Positions 13,876 to 25,661 are shown, numbered from the stretch's first letter. The stretch is DNA of 64,000 nucleotides from an uncultured Methanosarcinaceae archaeon (GCA_963833425.1 CAWHXP010000013.1:32001-96000); one strand, 5' to 3'. Translations and numbers: made by a program. The notes: generated by a model from the letters alone, not told the origin.

Positions 13876-16800
13876 TCAGAGCCTAACAATGGAGGACATA
13901 TTGGTAAGAGGATCTTTTTCTACTTGAAAAATATGATCTGCCGAATCTATAAGGGATTCGTCGTGAGAGACCACTATTATCTGGCCGACCCCTATGCTGC
14001 GCATCATATCTATTAGTTGTAAAAGCTGCCTTATATGCCCACGATCAAGGAACACTGTTGGTTCATCAAGGATCATCGGTGGTAGACCATCTGCTCGGTC
14101 TCCGCCAAAACCGAGTGACAGGAGCCGGTAAATAGCACAGCGTAGGACAAGATTAAATATGGCACGTTCGCCACCGCTGAGAAGTTTAGGCTCAAGCGGA
14201 GTTCCATCTTTTCTATAAACAGTAAGATTATATTCAGAATCTAGTTCTATGTGGGAATAGGCATTATTTGCATACATAAAACTGAACATCTCGTTTAAAA
14301 GAACAGAAAGTGCACCAATGTTTTTTGCTCTCATATCAGCCCTGACGAGCATATAAATATTCTCCAGCTCCTCAGAATTATTGTATATGGCTTCGAGATA
14401 CAGAAGCCTATTTTCGAGATAGTTTAGTTCTCTTTTAAGTTTTTTAAGATTTTTCAAGTTATTTTCAACCATACCTATTTCTTTTAAAATTGAGTCTTTT
14501 GTAGCAGTCATTAACCCTATTTCTTTTGTGATATTTGCCTGGGCTTCCTCAAACTGAGCGCGCTTGAGCTGAAGATCTTCGAGCCTGTTCCCCTCCAGTT
14601 TTTCATCGAGCTGTTTTATTTTTTCACTTCTTTCAAGGATATCTCGGTCAAAGAAACTGACCTTTTCGGTAAGATTTCTGATCGAAGTCTCGAGTTCGGA
14701 GATTTTGTACTTTGTGTTATCCATACGGAGTAGGTTTGTTTGAATTTTTTTTACCTGCGTCAGAAATTTTTTACTTTCCTGGTGATTTTTTTTTGCCCCT
14801 TCTTCTTTTTTCCGCAGTTCTTCAAAATTAATTTCCAGGGATTTGAGCTTTTCTTTTTCAAAAATTTCCCTTTCTGAAAGCCCTCTTAACTTATCATTCA
14901 GTTCTTGAAGCCTCTGCTCGTGATTTTTGATTAACGCAAGAGAAGTCCTAATTTTTCCATTCAGAGCCTCAATTTCAGCGTTATTTTCAGCAAGCTTTTT
15001 CTCAAAGGCTTTTGCATCCCTCATAAATTTTTCACTTTCATTGTGAGCTTTTTGAACCGCCTCCTCGGTACCCTGGAGGGCTTTAATATAAAGGGAAAAT
15101 TTTCCAATTTCAGCTTTTAGTTCCTGTTTTCGTGTACTAAGAAATTCCAGTCTAATGGAATCATCCATGATTCGGGATTTATGGATTTTCATCCTTTCTT
15201 TCAAATCCTCTCCCTTAACACTGAGCTTTTCGATTTCCAGATCGTAATCTGAAATTTGTTTTTTCAATTTTTTTGCATCTTTGAGACGGTTCAGTTTTTT
15301 TTCGATCTCTGTCTGCTGGACTTTGATCTCCATGAGTTCTACAGCCATCTTTTCATTTTTCTGTTCAGATTCCTCTATCGCGCAGGCAGTTAAGGACTCT
15401 TCAAGCTCCTGTCCGCATGTAGGACACTTTCCTTCGGAAAGCAACTGCAAATTTTTACGAAGAACTTTTTCAAGCTCTCTGAGAGTTGTCTCCAGCTCTT
15501 TTTCCCTACCATGAAGTCTATTTCTGTTTTCCAGCAGAAGATCACTGAAATATTCCAGATCTTCGAGCTGTTCTCCGGTAAAATTGAGTCCTTTCAATTC
15601 TAATAGGACTTCGGATTTCTGCTCATTAATTACGATGACTGCTCTTGAGTTCACCTTGAGGTCCTCTTCAAGAATTTCAACTTCTTTCTGACTTTTCTGG
15701 ACTGTGCCTCTATAGTTTTGCTGTTCTTTTTCAAGTTCCAGGAGGTTTAAGTCTCTAATTTCGTTTTCTTTAAGAGCAAGTGTAAGCTTTGACGAAGTCT
15801 CACTTTTTTGGTCACGAAGAAAACTTTCTTTTTCTTCCAATTCTTTTATTACTGAAGAAATTTCATTATCTTCTTCAAACCCTGCCTTTCTTTTAAGCTC
15901 CCCATTCTCCTCTTCAGTTCTCCTTATTTTTATTCTGTTCTCTTCTATTTCTCTACTTGTAGCCCCAATATCCTTTCTGCATTGCACATAAACGCCTTCA
16001 GTTTCAACCTTTTCTTTTTCAATCTCTAGTAAGGTCTGCTTGAGGGCATGTTCGTCTTTGAAGTGAAGAGCAACTTCTTTTAAAATCTCATTTACCTTTT
16101 CCCTGATGAGAAATTCTTCATTTTCCTGTTGCTCAACAAGAATCTCAATATCAAGGTCTTCAAAGCCACATTCTTTCTCGATGGTATCATTTTCCTCTTT
16201 AAGTTCTAGTAAAATTTGCCTTTGCTCATGGACTTCACCTGCAAATGTTTCCTTTTCTTGGAAACATACATCTTTTTTTTCCTGCGACTTACAGATAGCC
16301 TGTTTTAAAATATCAATTTCCTGCAGGCGTTCTGTGTACTCCACAATCATCAAGTCGTGCTTATCTTTACGGGCAGTTGCAGCCTCTTTCATCTCATTTA
16401 AACCTTTCAATTCAATCTCATTTTCCTTCACCTTCTGCCTAAGTCCATTCAGTAATGTAACGGGTCCTGTACTTTCAATCTCTTCAATTTCAGCTTTCAC
16501 ACTTAATTGGTTGTTTTTAGTATCCCTTCCAAGCCTTTTAACAGCTGTTTTTGCACTATTTGCCCTTTCCCTATACTCTTCAAGCTTTCCAAGCTGCAGT
16601 AGATCATCAATCATGAGCTGCCTGTCTTTTGGCTTTGCATTAATGAGTACATCGATTTCTCCCTGTCGGATGTAAGCACAGTTCCTGTATGCTTCTTCAT
16701 CCATATTCAGGAGGGAACAGACTTCCTCATAAGTCCGTATGGCCTGATCAACAATAATTTCCCCATCTGCATACAGTACGCATTTTGAGCTTGAGGCATT

Positions 16801-17088
16801 CTCACTTTTAACCGAATATCTGAAAGCCTGATCAATAAGATACTCACGGCCTAAGTGCTCGAAACCCAGACTAATTTTAGCATTCTCAGCCCCTTTGAAA
16901 ATTATATCTGCAAGCACAAAATCCTTTGAAAGGATCTTACTACCAAAAAGTCCCATGAAGCATGCTTCGAGCAAGCTTGATTTTCCACTTCCGTTAACCC
17001 CAGAAATGACTGTCACTCCATCTTCGAAAGTGAAATCCAGATTTTTGTAGCTCCGGATATTTTCAGCATGAAGATTTTTCAGCTTCAC
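13876..17088 (-). CDS. rad50: DNA double-strand break repair ATPase Rad50
   Basis: GVNGSGKSS Walker A, CPTC zinc hook, LSGGE signature, ILDEPT Walker B, long coiled coil; GTG start overlaps the mre11 stop. Confidence 0.97.
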   Translation of the reverse strand: MKLKNLHAENIRSYKNLDFTFEDGVTVISGVNGSGKSSLLEACFMGLFGSKILSKDFVLADIIFKGAENAKISLGFEHLGREYLIDQAFRYSVKSENASSSKCVLYADGEIIVDQAIRTYEEVCSLLNMDEEAYRNCAYIRQGEIDVLINAKPKDRQLMIDDLLQLGKLEEYRERANSAKTAVKRLGRDTKNNQLSVKAEIEEIESTGPVTLLNGLRQKVKENEIELKGLNEMKEAATARKDKHDLMIVEYTERLQEIDILKQAICKSQEKKDVCFQEKETFAGEVHEQRQILLELKEENDTIEKECGFEDLDIEILVEQQENEEFLIREKVNEILKEVALHFKDEHALKQTLLEIEKEKVETEGVYVQCRKDIGATSREIEENRIKIRRTEEENGELKRKAGFEEDNEISSVIKELEEKESFLRDQKSETSSKLTLALKENEIRDLNLLELEKEQQNYRGTVQKSQKEVEILEEDLKVNSRAVIVINEQKSEVLLELKGLNFTGEQLEDLEYFSDLLLENRNRLHGREKELETTLRELEKVLRKNLQLLSEGKCPTCGQELEESLTACAIEESEQKNEKMAVELMEIKVQQTEIEKKLNRLKDAKKLKKQISDYDLEIEKLSVKGEDLKERMKIHKSRIMDDSIRLEFLSTRKQELKAEIGKFSLYIKALQGTEEAVQKAHNESEKFMRDAKAFEKKLAENNAEIEALNGKIRTSLALIKNHEQRLQELNDKLRGLSEREIFEKEKLKSLEINFEELRKKEEGAKKNHQESKKFLTQVKKIQTNLLRMDNTKYKISELETSIRNLTEKVSFFDRDILERSEKIKQLDEKLEGNRLEDLQLKRAQFEEAQANITKEIGLMTATKDSILKEIGMVENNLKNLKKLKRELNYLENRLLYLEAIYNNSEELENIYMLVRADMRAKNIGALSVLLNEMFSFMYANNAYSHIELDSEYNLTVYRKDGTPLEPKLLSGGERAIFNLVLRCAIYRLLSLGFGGDRADGLPPMILDEPTVFLDRGHIRQLLQLIDMMRSIGVGQIIVVSHDESLIDSADHIFQVEKDPLTNMSSIVRL

Positions 17089-18860
17089 AAGTAATCACCA
17101 AGGTTATACTGTCGAGGTGCAGAAAGTTTTCCTTTTCCCTTTTTCTGCCCCGAATTTACCTTTTTTCCAACTGCATCCGAAACTTTGATCGGATATTCTT
17201 CGTCCAGCCCCTCTGTTTTGTCTCCCGTATCCTTTTCAAAGGTAACTTCATCTTCGGGATCAGGCAAAATCTCAACCTCTTTTTCAAGTCCTTTTTCACC
17301 GTCTTTCCAAAATATAATTTCTTTTCGACGGCTTTCTGCCAAAATTTTGGGTCTTTCCTGGTGGAAAGCAAATTTATATGCAGGTTCACCTATAGATTCA
17401 GGCGAAGATTCAGATAAAGATGAAGTTTCAGGCGCTGATCCGGAGCTCTCCAGACTCAATATAGACGATCCAGCAATTTTTATTTCAGAACTTTTAATAT
17501 TTTTGAAGGGTCTCAAAATTTCAGATTCTTCAGTAATTCCAGAGCCTTCGACAGTTTTAGAATTCCCAAAAATCGCCACACCAAATTCAGTTTTATCGGC
17601 TGGATCGGGATCCACAACCATTTTAACTTCGTCATCACATACGCATTCTTTTGTTTCTTTAGACTCAGTAAGTTTGATAGATCTGACAGAACTTTCTATT
17701 CTGAAATCCGGGTGTTTGAAATCAATGGATTCAATCAACTTTGAAATTCGACTTTCAGTTTCTTCATCCACTCTTGACCTTGTGACGGTTGGGTTTCGGA
17801 CAACTTCATCAACAATTAACCCGCCATCATTTAAGCTTATTTTCTTGATCTCTTCTGCAACTGCTTGATCAGGATCAGAAAATGTGACTTTCAAAACGTC
17901 GTTGGGTAAAGATTTTACTGTCCTGAAGTCTTTGACCTTTGTCACCAGGGCTCCTTTATTTAGGAGGTATTCCTCGATCTCGCTGAAGGAAAGAATCATC
18001 CTCGAATTCCCATAAATTTCCAGGAACACTACTGATTCGGGAAGCTCTTCAAGGTGTTCATTTACTGCAGAAAAAATCTGTTCATAAGTCTTCTCTTCCT
18101 CATTCAACTCTACTATAATGGAAAGGAATTTGCGGGTAGGAATTGTGCGCCTGCTAATCTCAAACCTTTCATCGGAAAGAGTGATGATGTTGTAAGAACG
18201 AAATTCCTCTTCAGAAGTGCTGTTTCTTTCTGTACTGCCTGAATACGTGACCCATGTATCTCCAACCTTAATTTTTTCATATTTGTGATAATCTCCAAGG
18301 AGAAGTGCGTCAATCTTGAACGGAAACTTATTAAGCACTTCAACACAGTCCCATTCAGCATATGGAAAAGGCTGCATGATCTGGTGCATTACAAGTAATT
18401 TCTTGCAGTTTCCAGGCAGTAGAGAATCTGAAGTTTCAAATCGAGAATAATCAAATAAAGGAATCTTTGACCTAGGGACGTTATCGATCCCGTAGATTGC
18501 AGCACCCCGTACAATTACTGGTTTTTTACCAAGTCTTACAGCAAGTTCCATTTTCTCCAAAAGATCTAGCCACTGATTATTTTGCTTACTTTCATGGTTC
18601 CCGACAATTCCGAAAAAAGGTATCCCAACAGCTTTTAACTTAAACAGGATGTTGATCGTCTCAAGAAGATCTTCTAGGGTAGGGTTTCGCGAATCAAAAA
18701 GGTCTCCTGCATGCACTACAGCATCAACTTGCATTTCAATCGCGTCATTTATTACAATTTCAAAAGACTTAAAAAAATCCTTCCTACGGACCTCGCTGTG
18801 AAATTGGCTATATCCCAGATGCGTGTCCGCAGTGTGGAGTATTCTTATTTCCTTGGCCAT
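17085..18860 (-). CDS. mre11: DNA double-strand break repair nuclease Mre11
   Basis: ADTHLG, AGDLFD, GNHE, GDYH, YSGSTE phosphoesterase motifs; operonic with rad50. Confidence 0.96.
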   Translation of the reverse strand: MAKEIRILHTADTHLGYSQFHSEVRRKDFFKSFEIVINDAIEMQVDAVVHAGDLFDSRNPTLEDLLETINILFKLKAVGIPFFGIVGNHESKQNNQWLDLLEKMELAVRLGKKPVIVRGAAIYGIDNVPRSKIPLFDYSRFETSDSLLPGNCKKLLVMHQIMQPFPYAEWDCVEVLNKFPFKIDALLLGDYHKYEKIKVGDTWVTYSGSTERNSTSEEEFRSYNIITLSDERFEISRRTIPTRKFLSIIVELNEEEKTYEQIFSAVNEHLEELPESVVFLEIYGNSRMILSFSEIEEYLLNKGALVTKVKDFRTVKSLPNDVLKVTFSDPDQAVAEEIKKISLNDGGLIVDEVVRNPTVTRSRVDEETESRISKLIESIDFKHPDFRIESSVRSIKLTESKETKECVCDDEVKMVVDPDPADKTEFGVAIFGNSKTVEGSGITEESEILRPFKNIKSSEIKIAGSSILSLESSGSAPETSSLSESSPESIGEPAYKFAFHQERPKILAESRRKEIIFWKDGEKGLEKEVEILPDPEDEVTFEKDTGDKTEGLDEEYPIKVSDAVGKKVNSGQKKGKGKLSAPRQYNLGDYL

Positions 18861-19152
18861 GGAGTTCTCAGTCTCTGATATTTATCCTATAAAGATTTCT
18901 ATTTTAGTATTTAACTCATTTCCACAGGACGCAAACTCCAATCAAAAAAGAAACTCAACGCTCCAATTAGATCACGATTCTTTCTCAACTTTATATGTAA
19001 ATCAACAATGAATTTTCAATGTACTATGGGGCTTTGCAAGTAAACTCTCTTTTGCACCTAAAGTTTGGGAGTTAAATCTAAAGTAAGGAATTAATGGAAG
19101 CCAGTGGCGACACTTGGTGGCAATTATTGGATTTATAATTATACGAGATTAA

Positions 19153-20151
19153 GGCTCTGTAGAAATGCTCTAAATTGAACTTTTACACCAGTATTATAAC
19201 TATTCAGTTATAATATTCTTTTTATTTTTTTCGCTAAAAATGAAGGAACATTCAATATTGAAGTTTAAAAGTACATTAAATTTGTTGATACTAGTCTTGA
19301 AACTGTTCAGTCTTCGAGACTGAAGCTTTATTCCTGCAAGTATTCAAAACACGTTTATACTCAGCATCAGCTTCTTTCACTGGTTTTATTGAAAGAGTAT
19401 ATTAGTACAGACTATCGAGATTTTGTAGAATTTATTGACCTTATGAGCGATATAAAAGAAAAACTTGCTCTTGAAAAGATTCCATATTTCACTACCCTAC
19501 AAAAGTTTGTAACTAGGATTCCTTCCTCTCTGTTTAACCTTCTTCTGTCAAGGATTCTAAAGCTGTTTTACTCATATGGAGAAAATGTCTCTGTTGCAGC
19601 GATTGATGCAACAGGATTTACGAGTTCATATGCGAGTTATTATTATTCCAGAAGAACAGGGAAGCTTCGAAAAAGCTTACTGAGAACTTCAATGTCAGTG
19701 GACACAAGTAAAAAGATAATATTGGGATGGAAATTAGTCAAAAAACAGACCATGAAATCAAACATGCAAATGCTCTGATAAGGCAATCAAATAAGATGAG
19801 AAAGTCTGATTGTTATGTAATGGATAAACGATACGATTCAGAAAAAATACATTCTATAATTAGAGAAGAAATCAAAGCAGATTCAATTATACCTGTAAGA
19901 GAGAGAAAAAGAAAGAAAATAAGAGGTAAATATAGAAAACAGTTGAATCTGGTCTTTGACAGAATTAAATATAATCAAAGAAATATCGTGGAGACAATAT
20001 TTTATGTAGTTAAAAGAAAATTAGGAGAAACACTAAGGGCAAGGAAATTCCGTTATCAAGTGAAAGAGATTAAAATTAAATTAATAATATACAACATAAA
20101 TAAAAAAGTTGTAGAGGTAATTGGCATCAAATTGAGGATTTCTACAGAGCC
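19153..20151 (+). mobile_element. IS5-family (IS903-like TIR) element with frameshifted transposase
   Basis: TIRs GGCTCTGTAGAAAT / ATTTCTACAGAGCC; perfect 8-bp TSD GAGATTAA; AIDATG, MDKRYD, RNIVET DDE motifs; frameshift near 19730. Confidence 0.93.
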
Positions 20152-20769
20152 GAGATTAATATAGTTTATAAAAAATTATCGAAAATTTAGTTTTGTAAAA
20201 AGTCTTTTTTTTCACGAACTTCAAAAGATATATTTTTTGAAAAAAATCTTTTCTATTTCTGATTTAATCTGTTTACTAGAGTTTTTCATATTCTCTAATT
20301 TTTAGTATGTCTTAACTATTTCCATGTGTTCTTCGTAAGATTGGATATTTATAAATAATATTTAAAAAAATCTGTTATATTCCAAGTCCCATTATCAGAA
20401 TTTGGCTAGTATTCGAGAAGAGTTTTTCGATATTGTGTAATTGCCCATTTGAGTGATATTTTATATTTACAATCATTTTTCAACGAATAAGTTTATGCAG
20501 GTCATTAATTGTATGCTCCCCTTTAATTAAATAGAATGTAGTCCCTGCGTTCTCATTTCTAATAACGAGAATTTTTTCTTTATCTTCAAAAACTTTTATT
20601 TTTCCCATTTATTTCATATGCTAAAATCTTCCCATTTTTGTATATTGTAGAAATGATTTTTGAACTGATGAGATGCAGAACTATTGCAAGACCAGATATA
20701 TTTAAATAATCGCAAGCACTCTAGGACTCCAGCAATTCGTACACCATTTTCCAATCATGGAGTGTCTCT

Positions 20770-23382
20770 ATGAAAGAATCGGAAATTCAAGTAGAATACA
20801 ATGCAAACGATATTGAGGAAAAGTGGATGGAGAAATGGGATCTTTCCATGTACCACTTCAACTGGGAAAAGGATTCACGTCTCCAATATATTATCGACAC
20901 CCCACCCCCTTATCCGACAGGCAATTTCCATATTGGGAACGCACTTAATTGGTGCTATATAGACTTTGTTGCTCGTTACAAACGAATGCGTGGATACAAT
21001 GTGATGTTCCCCGAGGGTTGGGACTGTCATGGCTTGCCAACGGAAGTAAAGGTTGAAGAAATTCATGGAATAACTAAAAACCAAGTTTCTCGTGTAGAAT
21101 TTCGGAGAATGTGTAGGGAACTAACGGCAGAAAACATTGACAAGATGCGCAAAACAATGCTGCGTCTGGGCTTTTCTGTGGACTGGAGCAACGAATTCGT
21201 AACTATGGAACCGTCATATTTTGTAAAGACACAGAAATCTTTTGTTCGGATGTACAATGATGGATACATCTATCACGAAGAGCATCCTGTTAACTGGTGC
21301 CCTCGCTGCGAAACTGCCATTGCTTTTGCAGAAGTAGAATATGATACAAGGCAAACGAAACTTAACTTTATCCATTTCGGCAAGCTCGACATTGCAACTA
21401 CAAGGCCAGAACTTATGTCAGCCTGTGTTGCCATTGCAGTCAATCCTAAAGACAAGCGATACAAGCAATATGTCGGCCAGGAAATTAGGGTACCTATTTT
21501 TAAGCAGAAAGTGACTTTGATTACTGATGAAGTTGTTGAGCCTGAATTCGGCACAGGAGCTGTAATGATCTGTACTTTTGGGGATAAACAAGATGTACAC
21601 TGGCGGGCAAAATACGGGTTACCACTTGTAAAAACTATCGACAAGCAAGGAAAGATGACGAAAGCTGCAGGCAAGTATGAAGGCTTGAGTACAACAGCAT
21701 GCAGGAAGGCTATAATTTCTGACCTGAAGGCCGAAGGTTTTCTGTATGACCAAAAATCACTGAAGCAAAATGTAGGACTTTGCTGGCGTTGCGACACTCC
21801 TATAGAAATTCTTTCCGAACCCCAATGGTTCGTGAAGATCAACCATGAAAGCATTCTGAAAGCTGCAGAAGAGATTAATTGGTGTCCAGAATATATGAAA
21901 ACTAGGCTGCAGAACTGGACAGGCACCATGGAATGGGACTGGTGTATTTCCAGGCAGAGAATCTTTGCAACTCCAATTCCGATATGGTATTGTAAACATT
22001 GTGGAGAAGTCATGCTTGCAGAAGAGAGCTGGCTTCCGATTGATCCAAATGAAACAGCTCCAAAGAAGGCCTGTACTTGTGGCTCAACCGAATTTCGACC
22101 CGAGATCGATGTCCTTGATACCTGGATGGATTCCTCGATTACTGCGTTACACGTCACTGGTTGGGAAAGCGAGCATGAACTCCGCTTGCCTGCTCAGATC
22201 CGTCCTCAAGGACATGATATCATCAGAACCTGGGCTTTTTATACAATACTGCGTAGCATGGCTCTTGAAAACAAGAAGCCCTGGGACTCTATAATAATTA
22301 ATGGTATGGTGCTTGGGCCTGATGGCCATAAAATGAGCAAATCCCTTGGAAACATTATTTCCCCCGAAGAAGTGATATTACAGTACAGTGCCGATGCTTT
22401 TAGGCAGTGGGGAGCAGTTGGAGGTTCCACAGGCTCAGATATAATGTTCCGCTGGAAAGATGTAGTTTCAGCTTCTCGCTTTCTCCAGAAGACGTGGAGC
22501 ATCTATCGTTTCTCTATGTCTCATTTAAATGATTTCGGACCTGAAGACGCAGAAAAATTCCCCATTAATTCCCTCTTTACTATTGACAGATGGCTCCTAA
22601 GCAAGCTTAACAGACTTGTGTCTACTACCACTGAAGAGCTTGATGGATACAACTTTGATTCAACTTTCAAGTCTATTCGAAACTTTACTTGGGAAGTCCT
22701 TGCGGACAATTATTTAGAAATTGTAAAAGGCAGACTCTATGGCGACAAGCTCGAAGACAGGAGAGCAGGCCAATATGTTCTCCACCAAACGATGAAAACT
22801 CTTTCATTGCTGCTTGCGCCTTTTGTACCTTTCTTTGCAGAAGAGCTGCATTCAAGATTTAGCAAGGAAAGTGTCCATATGCAGGCTTGGCCAACTATCG
22901 ATAAAAGTCTCATCAGCGAAGAAGCTGAAGCGGCAGGAGAACTGATTAAGCGAATCACTAGTGAAGTTCGCAGGTATAAATCAGATTTAGGGATGGCTCT
23001 CAATGCCCCACTGAAGAAAATCGAGATATATAATGCGGATGATATCGATATAGGAGATATTTCAGGCGCTACGAACTCTGAAGTGGAATTGATGGGAGGT
23101 GCTCCTTGCTTTGAATATATGCCCGTGGAAATTAAGGTTAACATGGGTTTAATTGGGCCACGCTTCAGGAAGGATGCAAATAATGTTGTAAGAGCCCTAA
23201 AAAATGGAGATCTTGCGACTATTGAGGCCCAGCAAGCTTCAGGAGACATAACCATTGTTGTAAAAGGTCAACAAATAAAAATCGAATCTGAAGCCGTGGT
23301 GATAACAAAGGAAGTGATCTCAGAAGGTCGAGAAGTCGATATTCTAGAAGTTAATGATGTGATTGTTGTAATAGTAAGGTAA
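20770..23382 (+). CDS. valS: Valyl-tRNA synthetase
   Basis: DTPPPYPTG, HIGN, DWCISRQR, KMSKS. Confidence 0.98.
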   Translation: MKESEIQVEYNANDIEEKWMEKWDLSMYHFNWEKDSRLQYIIDTPPPYPTGNFHIGNALNWCYIDFVARYKRMRGYNVMFPEGWDCHGLPTEVKVEEIHGITKNQVSRVEFRRMCRELTAENIDKMRKTMLRLGFSVDWSNEFVTMEPSYFVKTQKSFVRMYNDGYIYHEEHPVNWCPRCETAIAFAEVEYDTRQTKLNFIHFGKLDIATTRPELMSACVAIAVNPKDKRYKQYVGQEIRVPIFKQKVTLITDEVVEPEFGTGAVMICTFGDKQDVHWRAKYGLPLVKTIDKQGKMTKAAGKYEGLSTTACRKAIISDLKAEGFLYDQKSLKQNVGLCWRCDTPIEILSEPQWFVKINHESILKAAEEINWCPEYMKTRLQNWTGTMEWDWCISRQRIFATPIPIWYCKHCGEVMLAEESWLPIDPNETAPKKACTCGSTEFRPEIDVLDTWMDSSITALHVTGWESEHELRLPAQIRPQGHDIIRTWAFYTILRSMALENKKPWDSIIINGMVLGPDGHKMSKSLGNIISPEEVILQYSADAFRQWGAVGGSTGSDIMFRWKDVVSASRFLQKTWSIYRFSMSHLNDFGPEDAEKFPINSLFTIDRWLLSKLNRLVSTTTEELDGYNFDSTFKSIRNFTWEVLADNYLEIVKGRLYGDKLEDRRAGQYVLHQTMKTLSLLLAPFVPFFAEELHSRFSKESVHMQAWPTIDKSLISEEAEAAGELIKRITSEVRRYKSDLGMALNAPLKKIEIYNADDIDIGDISGATNSEVELMGGAPCFEYMPVEIKVNMGLIGPRFRKDANNVVRALKNGDLATIEAQQASGDITIVVKGQQIKIESEAVVITKEVISEGREVDILEVNDVIVVIVR

Positions 23383-23400
23383 GCATATGCTTACCTTTTT
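23376..23400 (+). terminator. Hairpin plus T tract at the valS stop
   Basis: Perfect palindrome AAGGTAAGCATATGCTTACCTT followed by TTT. Confidence 0.55.
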
Positions 23401-23409
23401 ACCCCTACT

Positions 23410-23632
23410 CTGGCATGAAAGTACATGAGGATATTTTCTCATATTATTCTCACAGTCTCTTTTCTCATAATTGCAATTATTCCACTAATTAATTTTATAC
23501 GTTTATTAACCAAGAATTCATCAGCTTCAACAATCTTCCTCTTTTGAATGCCTCCCTTTTTATACTCTGTTTCATATCCATATATCTAGTCATTTGTAAT
23601 CAGATGCCATATAATTGTGGAAAATTTTCCTT
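23410..23632 (-). mobile_element. IS110-family transposase C-terminal relic
   Basis: RKIF.TIIWHLITND...YKKGGIQKRKIVEA; paralog of 3990-4216. Confidence 0.6.
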
Positions 23633-23694
23633 GATATAAAATAATTTCAAGCTTTCAATTTTTATAGATCAGCTTGATAGGGCTGAAAGGCTCT

Positions 23695-24950
23695 TCAAAT
23701 AGTCCTTTGTTTTCCTGTAAACATACTTTGATAGGTTTTCAAGAGGTCGGTACTCAATTGAATTAATTTTTTCCAAAAAACCAAAAAGAAGTTTATCTCT
23801 TGTTTTGCAGCCTTTTTCTTCAAAGATCTGCAGGAGGTTCTAAAATGAAGCTCGGATGCTGGGGTGACATCATAAGATCGTGTTTTGGTAACCTCTTCTA
23901 CAACCTTTTTCAATTTTGGGACATCCTATCTCCTCAGATTTTTCAATTTCCTTCAGGACTTCAAACGGCCCTGTATATACGCAGTATCAAACATTTGCTT
24001 TTTCATGCGTTTCAGTTGCTTTTTTGAATTGTTCCATTGCCTGGTTAAGCCGTTCCATATCAGGTTACTTTAAAGAAAGTTCTTCATTTACAAGTTTTCT
24101 TCCAGAAAGGTAATATAGGTAGAATCGCAGAGTTTTGAAATAGCCTCGTCGTCTTCAACAGATTTTTGTTTTCGATTGCTTTTATAGTTTTTTTCATATG
24201 CTTCTGCACGTTTTCCAGAATCGGTTTCAGCTCTGATGTTCTTCAGCAGAAAATCGATATATGCACTCAGCCCTGCCCCCATAACCAGTTCTCTTTCGTG
24301 CTTCAGCTCATATTTAATAAGAAAATCATGATATTTTTTGCACTACTCGACTGCTTTTTTTAGATATTTCATCTGATCACATTTATTGCCTTTTTTTCCC
24401 AAGTCAGACTTTATTTCAACGAGTCAGATTATAAACTTTGGTTTTTTTGCCTAAAGTCCGGTATTGCATGGGTTCTGTATAAATTTCAAGTGTTTTTTAG
24501 TACCTTTTATTGCTTCTTCAATGCGACCAATGTTTTTAAGCAAGGCGCTAGGATTATTGAGCGTCCTTCCAACGTATGATTGGTAAGCTACATTTTCTGG
24601 GTATGTTTGGAGTAGGTTTTGAGAGATTGATAGGTTCAGCTCATTGCAATTTTTAGCTTGAAGAAAAAGTCCCATGCTATAGGAAAGATTTCCAAGGTTG
24701 AATATGGCGTCGAAATTCAACTGAAAAATAGACTGATAAAGTTCATCATTAAGGCCCTTTGAGAGAAATTCCTCAGTAACTTTTAAGGTACAACGGTAGA
24801 TTTTCAAAGCCTCTACCTACTCACCTCAGGTCTGCCTTAGATACCCTTTCTCAGTTTGGACAGAGATCAATATCATTTGCTTTTGCCTTCTGTGAGGCTT
24901 TTTAGGCTTGTTCAAGTTCTATTAAGGTTTACACAGGTTTGCCTTTTTGC
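23695..24950 (-). pseudogene. Tetratricopeptide-repeat protein pseudogene
   Basis: PENVAYQSYVGRTLNN...IGRIEEA repeat typical of Methanosarcina TPR proteins; broken into several short ORFs. Confidence 0.75.
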
Positions 24951-25661
24951 ATTAAGTATAAGGTCTTATGAAAATGCCTTTCTGCTGAATCTCTAAAACG
25001 CCCAGGCATAGTAAAAGAATTAATTCAGGGCGGCTTAAATATTGCGTTTTTTGCGCTGTAAATGTAACAAAAAGTATGAGAACAAGACCTACCTTCCGCA
25101 GATGCCCTCAAAAAAATACCATTTTTGCACCACAGCTTATTTACCTGCATTGTGGACACAAAGAGTTTTCCTTCTTCTGTAGGCACCGAAAGTGCGGTTG
25201 TGATGCAAAAATGATATTTCCACAGTTTAATCCCATAATTCTTACCTTTGTATACCATTTTCCTGAATGGAAATGAAATAAAAGATTTCCTGAAAAAGAT
25301 TATAACTGGAGGATACAATCCAGATCTTCAAATCAAAGAAGGCCAGATATCCGGAAAATAAAGAAAGACATGCTGGAAAAAGAAAAGAAGATGTTTCCTG
25401 GGAGTATATTTTTGAATAAAAGAAAGACATGAAGAAAGGAATGAGGGGTCTTTTCAGACCGTTACCGACCGTAACCTCTTGACGGATAGTGCGAGAATGA
25501 AATAGTAGTGAATCTGTGGATCTCATGGTATCCAGGCAATATAAAATAATGTTTTCACAACGAAGAAGAAAATCTGATAATTAAAAGGTTGTACTTCTTA
25601 GAATCAAGTAAATAGAAAAACATGAATAGTTGTAACTCAAAAAAATAAATGATATACAATT

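Noticed and set aside
25076..25276. 66-aa Cys-rich ORF, possible zinc-finger microprotein
   Set aside because: Cys pairs are incomplete and it lies in decayed DNA; cannot distinguish gene from relic
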